This document shows, one piece after another, positions 45,850-60,350 of a stretch of 64,000 nucleotides of DNA. The stretch comes from Amphiscolops sp. MND2022 (Eukaryota). The stretch spans positions 96,660,001 to 96,724,000 of the forward strand of contig OZ076409.1 in the NCBI GenBank assembly GCA_964187785.1. Reading direction: 5' to 3'. Made by a program: the position numbers and the translations under genes. Under the pieces are notes generated by a model. The model ran no database searches. It saw nothing but the letters and a program-made list of their open reading frames with translations, and had not been told where the DNA came from. Numbering within the stretch: the stretch's first letter is position 1; each line of letters starts with the position of its first letter.

Positions 45850-48525
45850 CAGGGTGACCACTTGGTCAGAAATTTCTGACCAGTCAGAAATGGTCAGAAA
45901 TGGTCAGAAATCGAACCTAGGTCAGAAAACGTTTCTGACCAACGAAGAATAGCTAACTATTTATTGTGATATTTATTAGGAGTTTTCTAACATTAAAGAT
46001 ATGTTTAATTAAAAATATTTTTTCAGATTCATGGGGATCTGTAAGTTCCAAGATATTTGGAAGACTTTATTTAGCTGGGTATTACCCGTTCCTGAAAATG
46101 GACATAAGGCCAAATGCAAGTATTGCCCTGGAAAATTAATTGACATAAAATGTGGCAGTCAAGCACTGAAGCGTAACGAAGCTTGCAGTATTCATATGAA
46201 AGCGGTAACTTCTGTAGCTGGTTCAAATATTGTGGCCCAAATGCAGGCAGGTACTCTGTGGAAGAAGGAAAACTCAAAGTTGTTTTACTTCATTGCCTCA
46301 AACTTGTTCTAGACGGGCATTCTCTACGGTCTAGCGATTGTTGTTCCCGTTCAAGAAACTTTTGTTCAAAGTTGTTCCCTGACTCCAAATACGCAGATAT
46401 TAACTGCGGTCGTACCAAAGCTGGTTACATTATCAAATTTGCACTTGGTTCTTATTGCAAGGAACTCATTATTTCTGAAATGGCTGACAAGCCGTTCGCA
46501 ATACACGTGGACGAGTCGATGTATCATAGTAAAGTGCGCCTGGTGTTTTGGGTAATTCATTTTGTGAAACAAATTCGCCGGGTCCGTTACCTGACTACCA
46601 TCGAGTTAAAAACAAATTTTGATGTGAGTGCTTTTCTGACATCAGATAGCTCATTGAAATCATTGGTTGATGTCAAACTTGTTTCTTCACAGGCTGTTTT
46701 TAGTCGGCGCGTTTTCCTTTTAATGAAAAATGCCCGACCATAGCAGTGACCTTTTTTTTCTTTTTTTTCTTCAGACTACAATCCTCACACTGATCGGTCC
46801 ACTTTTTACAATTTCAAAAATTTCAATTTTTTTCCAAAAAGTGTTTTACGCTTTTTGAGCCTTAGATATGGCGCCGACTTTAGACGTTCTCGTCTTGTTG
46901 ATTCTACGATCGGGGTCCTTGATATGTTTTCTTTGTCACTTCAAAATGTAATTCACGTCATGACGGACAATTGTTCAACAATGAGGGGCTCAAAAGACGG
47001 CTTTGTCTCCAAATTGAAAACTGTTTGCAATAATTTAGTGGACGTGGAAGGCTGTAGCAGTCACCAAGGCAATCTGTTGACGAAGGATATGATTAAGGAA
47101 GTCCCCTTTGTAAAAGAGTTGTTAATGTCGTTGAAAATCTTTCCAATTTTGTCGAGAATAAGCCAAAGGTCCGTTCAATTTTGAAGGATTCAAGTGCATT
47201 TCTCGGTATATCACGACTCCCAGACTATGCTGAAACAAGATTTCTGAATCTCTACCTCGTCATTGAAGCTATCGTGACTCAATATCCAGTGATCAAGAAA
47301 ATTGTTGATCTCGAAAAAAATGACAATGCTTTGAAAAATTCCTTCAAAACGGTTTATGAACTGACAAAAGCAACACAATCTTTTAAAGGCTCGGTTTACG
47401 ACTTGTTGAATCTACTGCTGGAGCTGATTTCTAAAATTTTAACGCGAATGGGTATACATCTGGAACTTTGTGTGAAAGCGTATTATACTAAGTTATACAA
47501 GGACAAAGAGCTTGTAATTTTTAAAGCATCAGCCACTTCTACCATCTACTCAAACATTCCCTTTCTTTTCAAAGAACTTTGCCAGAAGTCCGACGAAGAG
47601 CTCAAAATTATTACCAATAATTGGAATTGTTTCAATGAGTATCTTAATAAACGATTTTTAATTCGGTTTATTAAATTTCTTGGATCACAAATTGTGAGGA
47701 AAATGTATATCGTTTTCCAAAGTTCGCTGGTTTATTCGGATGTGACTATTCGACATTTGAAAGACCTTTCGCAGAGATTTAATTTATCCCCCACTGACGT
47801 TGCGGACGACTATGCGAAACTCAGGGTCAAAATAACAACGGAATTCAAGTTAATAAATCTTTTTCTTGAAAATGAATTGACAGAATTTCCTTGCATCTCC
47901 AAATTAGTGGAGTGTTGTTCAGTGCTCTGTCCGCATAATATGATGGTAGAGTGAGGTTTCAGTAAAATGAAGTTCTTCGAAGATAATTATCAAGCTAACT
48001 TCAGTGTTGATATGTACAACAGCTTCCGACTTGTGGCGGATAATTTTTCCCGGGATGCTTTCGAAGATTTCAAGCCGACGGAATCACTTCTAAAATTGGC
48101 CAAATCAGCATCAAAAATGTACAAAGATGAACAAAGCAGTCTTCAAGAAGTCGAAAAAAGTGATAATAAAAAACATGTCGAAGTTCTGGTTTTTAAGCGG
48201 AAAGCAGATAAAGCGTTGGACAGAGAGCTCCAAGAAGCAGGAAAAGAACTCGCCGAAGCAGATATTGCATTTGTTGAAGCTAAAAAACGCAAACAAGAAC
48301 TGGAAGCGATGAAAAGTGGTGTAATTGCCCGACGAGACAATGTATCTGATGAAATAATTTCTTCTATGCTCAGTTGAATTTCATTTTTCATCCATATATG
48401 TTTTCATTCAGAATGATGGGACGATGCGGGACAATAATTTTTGAATTCATATTGTTCTTTTTCAGATCAGAAATTGTAGATTTTTGGTAGGTCAGAAATT
48501 TGAGTTGATCGAGGTGGTCACCCTG
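45850..48525 (+). mobile_element. hAT DNA transposon with disrupted transposase
   Basis: TIR CAGGGTGACCAC/GTGGTCACCCTG; 8-bp TSD ATTCGAAC (45842-45849, 48526-48533); subterminal GGTCAGAAA repeats. BED finger CKYC..H, VDES, TDNCSTMRG, CSSH, VE*GFS. Frameshifts, a stop and a nested insert at 46698-46899. Confidence 0.93.
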
Positions 48526-50235
48526 ATTCGAACGAAATTTTCTACAGTTATTCTACACCATATTAGAGTCCTATATGTGCAATGGCATCAAAATCGTATG
48601 CCTGGGATGTGAGAAACATAGCCAAAATTAGCCCAAAAATGGTCAAAAAAGGGCCATTTTTCGACTTCAGAAGGAAAAAGACCTAAGCCGACTCCTTTAC
48701 CGCACATGCGGCTCTGGTATTTCTACCCAAGCAAAAAGATATTTTTCAGGTCACTTTGCTCTACCAATATACAAAAATGATTGGGTGTTTTTCAATCGTG
48801 ACGCCGAATTTTTTCTCAGTAAAGTATGTTCCTCAGTTCTTTTATTCATTTTTTCTCCATTTTTTAACTTTCGGGAAATCGTTAGTTGATCAGTGTGTTT
48901 GCTTGAATTAAAAAATTTAGAAATATTAGATGTATTGTTAATAAACCCACAAAATTCGTGGAAAAATCGTGATGTTCTTTGCAATCGATCTAACGCAGCA
49001 TGACAAAAATGAACAGAGAATACACTACAACTTAGTATTGAACATGCGCCCGAATTCGATGAATTTCTAGGTCAAGAGGCCAATTAAATTTGAGAGTTCA
49101 AAGTCTTGCAATCAGGCATTTGCGTTGGAGTATTATGAGTTTCATCCTCTCCAAATTGTCATTTGGCGTGTCAAACAGATGTCTTTGGAGATTGGTACGA
49201 TCTTGGCCTTCCTTGGGAAAAATTACTGGAGATAAACCCAGATAAAAATCAAATTGAGGCGCTAATGACGTTCTATGTTAATTCACAAAAGCGGATTGTT
49301 GAGTAATTGCTGGGAATTGCGGCAGATTTACGTGTCAAATTAACAAGTCTTGGTGGCGAAATTAAGAAAATGACCGGAAACCCACGGAAGAAATTTCCTG
49401 AGCTTAAGGTTCTAATCAGAAAAGAATGACGTTTTTCAGTTGCCTGCAACTTGGCAGCACAAAATACAAGCTGCTTATGAGGTTCTTTGAAATACTGGTT
49501 CGTTGAAATGCATTGAATTCTGCACTCCATTCAACTGTTTACGTGAGCTAAAATTAGCGCAAAAAAGAACTAAATAAATCAGACTGGTAATTTCAAGTGT
49601 TGAGTTTAATTTTGTCAAACTTTATCAACAAAAATGCACAATAATCAGATTATTAGAGTTCCGGTTTTGATTTGAGAACTACATACAGTATCACAAAATA
49701 GCCTTCTTTAGTCACGAACGGTGGTCGCTAAAAAAAGTTAATCAAAAAAGGCTCTATCTGAAACATTTCATATGGAAATTTTGTTCGATGTCATCAGCAT
49801 ACTCTAGTTGGGAATGCTGTGGAAATTTTGTAAGCACATGAATAAAATCCACACTAATTTTTGATGAAACATAGAAAAACCAGGGACACTGCACGGACAA
49901 TTTTGTAAAACTTCTCTGTATTTTGAAAAATTTTGTAAAACTTCCCTGCATTTTGGAAAATCTTGGAAAATTGCTCTACATTGCATTATCATTTAAAATA
50001 TTTAATCTGGTGCTTCCAATATTCCAAAAACTTTTTCCATTTCCGATCCCACTCGAAAGGAAACAAGCGGTGAGCGGCCCAAGTCGGCGCCGTATCTGAG
50101 GCTCAAAAATAGCAAAAGTTGGACCGAATTGGCGCACCAGGGGTGACCCTTTGAGATTTTTCATCCATTCTGTTGCAAACCATCGAAAAAACTGAAAGGC
50201 GGGACCCTTTAGTCTCGTCCAATTTTGTATGTTAT

Positions 50236-50985
50236 CCCAGCGATCGAAGACATGGTACCCTTGCCAAGAACCATGGTAAATCGCTAGCTAGCCTTGCCAA
50301 GATCTTACCATGATCTTACCAAGATCTTGCCAAGGATACCATGATTATGCAAGATCGTGCCAAGCGTATCATGTTTTACCATGATCTTGACAAGGATGCC
50401 AAGATTAACCATTTTCTTGACAAGGGTTCCATGGTAGCAAATCCGTTTTTGGTAACTCTTATTTTCTAATTCTATTCATTTTTATTGCACTAGTTTCTAT
50501 TGCATTCTCGAACTTCAGTAATTTCAACACGTTACCTCTACAGGGAGCTAGAAAAGTTTTTCACACCGATATCGCAAGCCCGCAAATTGTAATAATTTGA
50601 TTCGAAGTTTGCTTTGTATAACAGTAAATTAGTAACAAAACTCGGTCAATAGGTGCAGCAAATTATTGAGAATTGTTGTAAACTTTTCAGTTTGAAAAAC
50701 GTTTTTCAACAAATAAAGGTTATGTCCGAAGTTATTGGAACGACTTAGTCAGAAATTCGAGTCGACAAGAAATTTTAATGAAACGAATAAACTATACCAT
50801 TGAAAACAGCTCACATGTCTTACCATGGTTATCTTGCCAAGATCTTGCCATGATCTTGCCATGATCTTGACAAGCGTTCCATGTATCATGGCTAGCCATG
50901 ATCTTGACAAGGGTACCACGGTTAACCATGATTTAGCAAGATTAACCATGATCTTGGCAAGCGTAGCGTGTCTTCGATCACTGGG
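50236..50985. mobile_element. Non-autonomous TIR element, EnSpm/CACTA-like (CCC...GGG ends, 2-bp TSD AT)
   Basis: CCCAGCGATCGAAGACA / TGTCTTCGATCACTGGG termini and arrays of subterminal CTTGCCAAG/ACCATGAT repeats. Inserted in a family B element. Confidence 0.7.
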
Positions 50986-51089
50986 ATGCTAAAAAAGGAA
51001 CAACTCTTATAGTCCAGTTCCCTGGGTCAAAAGGCACAATTTGGAGCCTTTAGTTTTTGTAGAACTATTTTGGTCACTTCGGGTGTATG

Positions 51090-54000
51090 TGTTCTATTTC
51101 TTGGTTCGAATAACAAAACAAAGGTTTTATCTAAAATCTCTCTTTAACATAAGAGTATCACAAAACGATCTTTTCTCTATCTAAACTTTTGTACTAAATG
51201 ATGTAGTCTCAAGAAGCGACTAGAACGGTATGTTTACAAACATGTACAAACATAATCTAGATAGTTCTATGAAAGGTTTGGGTTTTTCATTGACAACGTC
51301 ACCGAAATATCGGTCCGGTATGTGTACCGTATAACATTTCCTCCGTTCTGGATCTTCTTCGATTACTGCTTCGATGTTCTGGGTGTTGGAGTCTTATCTC
51401 TGATAAAGTCCGCAGGTTTTGTCAGTGGCTTACGGGCTTCCTTTCGGCTCATCCAGTTATCGGTTGTACTGCCTATAACAATTCATTTTTCTTTTGATTT
51501 ATACCCAAAAATTTTTTGTATAGGAAATGCCCCATATCTATTTGGTTGTTTGCTTTCACGGTTGGACCGTCTTATTTTTTCGTTTTCGGTTGTTTTATTT
51601 CTTGATTGTTTCTCACCCGTATTTATCTCACCGTCCGTGTGTAGGTTTAGCTCATCTTCAGGAGATGTTGTAATTGCTTTATAGCGACCGTCTTTTTCGG
51701 AGGTGTCGTGATTTTCGAAGTCGCTTTCTTCATATTCTATTTCACCCTCCTCACGTTCGGAATCGGATTCGGTTCGCTGCTTTTGTACTATCTTAATCTT
51801 TCCGTTTAGTACATCTCCCAGGATTTCAGTCCATTGGATGTATTTGCCATCTACTCCCCTAAGGCAATGTCGGTTCTTAGGGGTGATGGTATCTCCGATC
51901 TTCGGTGCTGTCTTTCTTTCTTTCTGAAATACAATTGAGTCCGAAATGAACTTTGGAAGAAATATTTTTCCGGTTTCGGTTGTCACGGTATGTTCTGTAC
52001 CGTTCACCGCGGTTTGTATGTTTTTCTGAAATCTACCTTCTAGTGATTTTTTATTGTGGTTCTTTTCGAAGAATTGAAAAGGGTATTTACCAACCGAAAT
52101 TTTCTTCTTCTGTGATATTTCGGTTTGTGACCTCTTCCAATTTTGTTCGGGCCATGACAATGTGGTTGGATACCTCTCCATCACCATTTCTGGCTACGTA
52201 GATCGGTATCTTTGGACGGTTGTTTGCTAAAACAGGTATTTCACGCCAATTAGAGAGGAAGGATCTTCCGTCTTCAATTATGTTTGTTAATTCGGTTCGT
52301 GGTTTCCGACCGTGATGTAGTTCAAACGGTGTCGTTTTTAGTCCCGTGTGTATTGTGAACCGCATTACGTTTAACGCTCTATTTACGCATTCGGTTAGAC
52401 ATATATTGTCTTCCAAGTTTGCGATAATCAAATTCTTCAATGTTTGTATTGCGCGTTCTACCGCTCCCGTACCGGTATGCATTCTCGGTGTACTGTATTC
52501 GATTTCAATGTTTTTTCCGTTGCAAAATTCTTTATACTCTTTCGAAATAAACGCTCCCCCTTTATCCGTTTTTATTTTCTCGGGTAATCCGTATAGGTTG
52601 AAGTTCTGTTTCAGGAAATTTATTACTTCCTTGGTTTCCGACGATTTGCAAATTTTTGCGGTTGGCCATTTACTAAATCTATCTATGGCGATTAGTATTT
52701 AGTTTCTCCGTTTAATTTTTTGTTATTTAGTTTGCCGGAGAACTCGATTTAAATTTCTTGTTCCGGTTCCGTTAATGTTTTTAACTTTCCGAAATCATTT
52801 TTCGGTAATTGGTATTTCAAGTTCTCACCCGATGACATGCAGGCCACACAGTTTTTGGTTTTATCTTCAATTTCTTTCAGTATGTCCGGCCACCAAAAGA
52901 TTTTGGCTTCCGCTGTCATCTTGGTAGCTCCGGCATGCCTGAAATGTAATGTGTCTAGCAGTTTCTTCCGTAGTTCGGTTGGTACTACTATACGATCGTC
53001 GTTGAATTTCACTCCCTATCTATTGTTCAGCTTTTCAAACACGTTTCGGTATTGGTCGGGGGCCGTGTTTTTCTCGCCTCTTCGCATTGCATCTCGTACT
53101 CGGTTTAATTCAGCATCCGTCGAGGATTTAGCGATGAGTGTTTTTAAGTCTAACATGAAGGTAAACTCGGCACTTCTGATGATATCCTCGGTGCTCTTCT
53201 TCTCGCCGGTGATTTTCTCTATGAACTGGTTAATTTGTATAAATTGTATCTTTTTCCCGTCTGTGTTGTACTATTTCAGATCGTTGATGGGGAAGTTATC
53301 ACCCCGAATCATTCGACTCTCTCCTTCGCTTTCTTGTTCGGTGTCCTCAATGGTTTCCGGTTGTTGTTGTTGGAGTTCTTGTTGTTCTCCCACTTGTTCT
53401 TCAAGAGGTTGGTATCCCCCGCCGAATCGGTTTGCTCTGGTCAGTAGCTCTCCATCAACCTCCGCAATTTCTTCGCGACTTCTCTTGTTCGGTTTTGATG
53501 GGACCCAATATTGTCTCTGTGCGTTCATGTCGAACTTTCGGCGCATTGTTCCCGGTCGGGAGATTTCCAATCTTCTTTCCACTAGTCGAAGGGTTTCAGG
53601 GCTTTTTCTTCGTCTTCTCATACTTTCCATGATTTCGGCGGTTGCGCCCCAGTGGAAATAATATCGGTCCATTTCGTTTTTGAACGAAGGTAATTCTTTT
53701 AAACGTTTGGAATTTTGAATACAATTTAAGTTTGAATTTCGGATTGAAGTTTTAGTTTTAACTTTCTGTCGGCGTCTGGTCGATGCGCTTTTCGTTCGTT
53801 CGTAATTTTCGTTCACGTCTCCGTTTTTCTCGAATGTTCTATTTCGGTGTGATTGGTTGTTAAATTTCTTTTCGGTTCTTTTTGTTCTTTCCGGCGCGCT
53901 TTTTGATTGGTCGGCGAATATTGTTCCGTATTTCACATTCAATTCGGCTTGTTCTGAAAGGATGTTAATCACGTATTGCTCGTCGTATACGTCATCGTTC

Positions 54001-56554
54001 GTTGCTATCTCTACCGGATTTCTACTAAGAAAGTTGGTAAATTTTAAATTACTTCCTGCGATATGCTGGATGGCGATATCAAAGTGTGCGAGTCGGTCCA
54101 TCCATCTTGCGCTGTATTCTCTATTACACCGATTTCTTTTAATTAAAGGTTCAAGAGCTTGGTGGTCGGTATATAAGTAAACTTTCTTTCCGTATAAATA
54201 AAATCGGAATTTCTCTAATCCCCAAACAACTGCTAGTAATTCTAATTCTCCGATCAAATAATTCTGTTCAGTGTCCTTTAGGTATCTGCTACCGAATGCT
54301 ATCGGTTTTATTTCTCCATCCGAATGTTTCTGCCATAAGGTTATTCCGAGTCCAGTTTTGCTTGCGTCGGTTGTAACAATATTTTCTCTGTCTTTTGCAT
54401 AATGAGCTAAGCAGGGTTCTTCGGTTAACATCTCTTTTATTTTGATGAAATCTTCGTCTTGTTCTTTTCCCCAGTTCCATATCGAATCCTTTGTCAATAA
54501 TCTTCGGAGTTTTTCTGTTTTTTTATAATCTCGGGAGGAACGTTGCGAGGTATTGTATCGCGCCGAGAAATGACTTCAGTTGATTTTGGCTTTCCGGGTG
54601 TTTCAAGTCCAGTATTGCCTTTACTTTTTTTGTTCGGTTTGATTCCCGTTTCGTCAGTTTCGTGTCCGAGCCATTTAGTTTTGTTTAGAAAGAATTCAGA
54701 TTTTTTTTCACTTGCTCGGTATCCTGCATCTTTTAGTTTCTTTAAAACGTCGAACAATTTGTTTTCGTGTTCTTTTCGGTCGCCTCTAGTTACTACAATT
54801 ATGTCGTCGAGCCATGCTGGTGTAGAATATTCCAATGTTCGGTCAATTTTTTCTTGGAATATTTTTGGGATGTCGGCCAACCCGTAAAATCCCTTTTTGA
54901 ATCGGTAATATTCGCTGAACTTTCCTCTTGTTAATGCGAATACACATTGCCGGCTTGTTCCTTTTGTCAATTTCATCTGGCCATATGCGTAGTCGAGATC
55001 AATTTTCGACATCATTAGTTCTTTCGTTCGGTCTCTTGTGATCTCTACCGAAATTTGGTTTAGTAACTCTTCCATGTTCGGCATGTGTGGTCGGATTTTA
55101 ATACAGCTGTCATTCAGTTTTTTCGAATTTAATGCAGTTTTAACCGACTTGTCGTTCTTTACCGTAATTACCACCGGTGAAACAAAACAGTCTTCATCTA
55201 CATGCTTCACTTTCTCCAAGTGTCCGGTTTTTATTAGTTTCTCCAATTCTCTCCCGACATCTTCTTGTAAGTGTAGTGGAATGGGTCTTGCTTTTTGTTT
55301 CACCGGATAGTGGCCCGGTTTTAGTTGGATATTTGTCTCGGTATCCTTTATCGTGGTGTTCTTTTTGAATAAGTCAGGAAATTTTTCGATTATTCGTTTC
55401 TTCTCCGATTGGTTCTTATCTTGTATCCGGATACTTCCGATCCATAGTTTAAATTTTTTCATCCAATCCACTCCAAGTAATGGTGTGATATCATTTCTTT
55501 CGGTAATCAAAATTTCCAATTTTTGTTTGCTATTCGATATCGGCCGGTATTTTTCACCGCAATTTTACTTCAATTTTGTTCACATCTTGGTATCGGTGTT
55601 TCACTTTCTGTATCTCGGTTCGTTTCATTATGTTCTCATCTACAGGCATTATCGAAATTGGTGATCCGGTGTCCACTATAAATTCCTTTTCGATTCCGTT
55701 CACTTTTACTGTTGCTGTCAGATATTTGTTTCTATCAGTGATTCTATTTATTCTCTCGATTCGATGTCTCTGATTCGTCGGATTCTTCTCCAATTGTCTC
55801 TGACTTTTCTTCGGTGATGTTTCGTACTTTGCGTTTGTAATTTTCTCTCTGTCTACACACGCGTGCGAAGTGTCTTTTTCTTCCGCAGTTATTGCAAAGT
55901 TTTCCCAATGCCGGGCATTTATGAGTGGGTTCCAATTTGGTGCGTTACAGAATTTACATGGTTTTTCACTGGTGAATTTATTCTTCGGTCTTGTGTCTGA
56001 CCTTTCCATTCTTCGCGTCATTTGATATAAGGCTTCGGGGCCAATTCCCCATATAAAATCTTCTTGGATTTTGGCTTCTTTTCCGGAACAACCGGTTTGT
56101 GTTATTTCGGCTCCCCGTATTTATTCGGTTATATCCATTTTGTGCTTTCTTTTGGTGTATTGTCGAAATCTTTCGAGCCATTGTTTCGGAGTGAAAATTC
56201 TTTTCCCGTCTGATGTGGCTTCGAAATTCGGTACTTCGATTTTGTTTTCTTCTGCCATTTTCTTTGTTGTAAATGTAATTGGGTAATTTAAATAGCTGAC
56301 TGCGCCATGTTCTATTTCTTGGTTCGAATAAGAAAACAAAGGTTTTATCTAAAATCTCTCTTTAACATAAGAGTATCACAAAACGATCTTTTCTCTATTT
56401 AAACTTTTGTACTAAATGATGTAGTCTGAAGAAGTGACTAGAACGGTATGTTTACAAACATGTACAAACATAATCTAGATAGTTCTATAAAAGGCTTGGG
56501 TTTTTGATTGACAACGTCACCGAAATATCGGTCCGGTATGTGGACCGTATAACA
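51090..56554 (-). mobile_element. Full-length Gypsy/Ty3 LTR retrotransposon, frameshifted
   Basis: 247-bp LTRs at 51090-51336 and 56308-56554 (TG..CA, about 8 differences by eye); 5-bp TSD GTATG; PBS TGGCGCAGTC (tRNA-Ser-like); PPT AGAACGGAGGAAA. Zn knuckle, PR VDTGS, RT WLDD, RNase H TDAS, integrase H..WWP..CVAC and VERAIQTLK. Confidence 0.96.
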
Positions 56555-58686
56555 GTATGAATCATGTATGGAAAGTCATTGCCTGTAAACCTTGAAAAAC
56601 TATAACAAACAGATATCGCAGAATGACAACGCAATTATGTAATAAACGTATCTGCATGAAACAACATAGCAAACGAAGAAATTGTTGTCTAAAGTTCTGG
56701 AAAATTTGCAATACCTCAATCACACTAAATTCACAGCTGAACCTGATGTTAACTGATTGATGTTTGAAAAACCATTTCCAGACGTCATACACTTCATTAC
56801 ATGGGCCATTAGCACGGATAAAAATGTAAATATGAGCTTTCTCCAGTTCCGAGATTCTTTGATCTATTATATATGTTTTCCGGATTTCTGATCGTTCTTG
56901 TCAGACCTGTTGTGTTAACAATATATTTCAATTGCTTTGGGCTGTTTCAACTTGACGCATTGATTTATTATGATGGAACAAACTCCTAATCACTGATTTA
57001 GATTTCTTTGTTAGAGTAATTGACAGATTTTAAATCACTCAAAAACTTTATCAGCATGCTAATGTAATCTTTTCAAAACCTTTTGTTACTTCCATTATAA
57101 AAATACTGTGCACCATTGGAAGCGAATTATTTTAAATTGTATTCGAAGGGATTAGCGTTTAGGTAAGTTTTAGAAGCTGGCTTTGCTTTGGAGCTCAGAC
57201 TTGTTATGGCATTTTCTTAAATTGTTTTTTCTTTGTTCGAAGGCTTAAAATCTGTTATAGAAAATCTAAAGTGGAGCCCGTAAGTGTCTAAACACATTAC
57301 AGTAGCGGTTTAACATAGTTTCATCTCCACTTAAGACAGGCAAAGGTGCCATGTTTTTGGGGCTAATGGACTTTTTCTCCCATTTTTAACGTCATCAGAT
57401 TCTTGAGTTGAATAAATGAAAACAATCTCTAACATTTCTAACTTTCGGAGAAAAGATGAAATGAATTGTCGAGACGTGGTTCCATGGATTTCAAAGATTC
57501 TGTCTGCTCGCTTCCTTATCTAATGTTAAGGGCATTTCTCACAAAAACCGATTCATTTAGGTCTGTTAATTCCCACAGTCTACCGTCAAACGTGTTCATT
57601 CTGCTGCTTTCTATCCGTACTGTTGTATGATTTCTGTCCAGGTCAATCAATCAAATCATGATTCTCCCGAAATGATCAGATAAACACAATGCTGATTCGT
57701 AACTATTTGATCGTGGCACGTTTGTTTCGTATTTTGAACTAATAATCTTTCGTCTAAAAACGTTCGTTTGATGGATTATGGAATTGAGGAATTGTGGTAA
57801 ATAAAATGGTGATGACAGTTATTATAGAGTAACTGAAGGGAACTTGAATATAAACGATAAAGGGTTTGAGTGCTGAATTGATGCAGTACGTTTTATCTGT
57901 AATTAAGACGTTTTTACAATTTACACTGCCACTGTTTTTACAGAGATCGTTAGACTGGTTTTTAATTATTGTTGACAACTGATGAAAATACATGTTTACA
58001 AACACTTCACTCTCTACTACATCATCCCTTTTAAGGGAAAGAAGGGCCAAACAACAATAATTTTTCAAACATCATTAAATGATAAATGTATGATCCAACT
58101 GTTAACTGTACTGAGTAGTGTCAAATGTTATTTAATGTTGAATGTAGATTTAGATCCTGGAATTCGATGTTTCAATGTTCTTGGCTTTCCGAGTCACTTT
58201 CCACCTGCATTGACCTGTACGTCAATTTTATATCAATGTGTGCCTACCCACTGCCTGTCCAACTTTCTCAATGGCAGCTGTTCGCATTTCTTACGTGATC
58301 CTCCAATCGACTTGACTGTCATTTCGGCGTGGATTGGCGCTTTACCGACTATTTGTGCTTTTCCATTTTGGCGACTTTTGGGGGTGGTGTAACTTTTGTT
58401 ATTTTCACTGCTTGACGCAATGTCTATTACGTGACGTGCGCTTTTTCTTCAATTTCAATTGCAACTTCAGGCCTTTTCTGCTCTTTATGCTGCTTCCTTT
58501 TTCCCACGCTCTCGTCCGATCTTCACGAATCAGCAATTACTTGTGCTCGCTTGTTCTTTTCATTTTTCTTGAAGGCTGTGTGCTGCTTTTAATGGTTGGT
58601 TATTTCTAGTGGTGGTATTATTCACAACTACTAAAAGCGGCTAAGAGACAGGCTAGCTAGCTAACTTTATTACAACTAGTTTGAGG

Positions 58687-58847
58687 TGTTAGAAGTAGAA
58701 CAAAAAGGAAGTCAACCGAATACTGATTATTAGTTTTCCCTCTCTGAGGGAGTAGAGACTTACAGTCATTCAATAATAAATAAATGTACATTCTAGAACA
58801 TTCTATAAACATCTAAATACTATTGGTTATTAATGTAGGTCAGTACA
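58687..58847 (-). repeat. Candidate 3' LTR of the env-bearing element
   Basis: TG...CA-bounded 161-bp segment preceded on the minus strand by purine-rich AAACCGGGATGGA. No second copy in the window. Confidence 0.3.
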
Positions 58848-59873
58848 TCCATCCCGGTTTTTAAATAAAATAAAATTTTAAAGTAGCATCACTAATTAAA
58901 ATGGAGAAAAAAAATGTTGTTTAAATGTTCTTAGCGTTTCAGCTAGTTAACATTTTTCATTTAATGGATGATTGGCATAAGTCTTTTTAAGCGTGGTGTA
59001 AGTTCGACTCATTGGTGTACCTCGAATTGTCAAAATTTTGATTGACACCTCGTAGTGTGCGACTACAGTTCAAAAAGCGTCAATGTGTTCTTTTTCACTA
59101 TGCTTTCGTCGGCTTGTTTTTTGAACTGGTAGATGCTCAATTTTATGCCTCTGTTGAAGTCTTTGAATGAACTTCGCATTGAACAAACGTGAGCAAACAT
59201 CATACGAGTTAAAGGTTAAAGAGTCATTGAAAAAGTTTTTGCTGATAAGATTTTTTCATCGAGTGTGAAAACTGTGTGAAAAGATATCAGGTTGTGATTA
59301 ACTTTGGCGGGTTCGTTATGTAACAAATGTTGAAAACTTTGAGAATTTGGGTCTGTCATTATTCGAATCTGATTTGAACAATGTGCTTGATCTATTTTTT
59401 GAACTTGTTTTGTTGAAATTTTGAAAAGATTCGTTGTTAACATATGTGAATTTTGGATAGGATAGCACCGAAAAATAATAATTATTAATTATTCTTTAAA
59501 AATAAAGCGAATAAATATCGGTAAGGGTGCGAATCAATTGATTTTAAGGGCAAATAAATATGGGTGGGGATGAAATTTGAAATAATAAATACATTGCGAA
59601 TGTTTTCGGTATGAGTTTGAATCTTTTTAAATATAATCATGCACAATGTTTTTTCTTTGAGTTTCCTTTATTATTGATTATCAATCATCTTCTTCGGCTG
59701 AGAACTGGATGGCTGAAGATTGAAGATTGGAAGATGGATGAAGATGGGTCAGCTGTTGGGCGGCGGTGAAGTTGTGAAGAACGGGTGCTGAGTTGAGACG
59801 AGCAATCGTTGTGGATGTTGGATTGGAAGATGGGTTGTCATCGGATGAGTGCTGTTGATGTCATCTGTTGATA

Positions 59874-60350
59874 TTAGAAAGAGACGTAAGTATACGTTTT
59901 GGATGGGTAATTATCATCTAGAAGTGCTTCTGGAGGGTTTTTTTGAAGTTTTTCATCAGTATCGTCGTTATTGTCTGAAGGCCAATAGGAATTTAGATTT
60001 TGTTTTTCCATTTCAGAACGCATTCTGTTAGATATACTTCGTACTAAATGTTTGGGCTTGATGGTAGTATGCTCTGTTTGGGTAGTGGCGTCTCGTTGAG
60101 TTGAATATGTATCAGGATGTTTATGAATTTGAAGATATTGGTCAAAATTTATTCGTGTAATTTGGAATATTTGAAACATACTGAGCAATATCATTCTTGT
60201 AAGATGAGGATCTGCCTTTTTATCTGTTTTGAGCTGTGCATTTAATGTTGTTAAATGCTCTTTCAGAATCAAGGATCGCAATCGAGCTGAAGGAATTGAA
60301 AGAAGAGGAGCTATCGGGCAGTCTGTGTTACCAGAATGGAGTGTCGTCAT
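59874..60350 (-). CDS. Orphan ORF (158 aa) downstream of env-like gene
   Basis: ATG-initiated ORF with the same strand and base composition as the env-like ORF. Confidence 0.4.
   Translation of the reverse strand: MTTLHSGNTDCPIAPLLSIPSARLRSLILKEHLTTLNAQLKTDKKADPHLTRMILLSMFQIFQITRINFDQYLQIHKHPDTYSTQRDATTQTEHTTIKPKHLVRSISNRMRSEMEKQNLNSYWPSDNNDDTDEKLQKNPPEALLDDNYPSKTYTYVSF

Noticed and set aside
44733..45879. Repeated MASKSY... ORFs
   Set aside because: These are translations of the 172-bp satellite.
52837..53661. 274-aa plus-strand ORF
   Set aside because: Antisense shadow of Gypsy pol.
51090..56554. This Gypsy as the autonomous partner of the TRIM (shared TGTTATA heptamer)
   Set aside because: The heptamer has opposite polarity, the TSD is 5 bp versus 4 bp, and the PBS differs.
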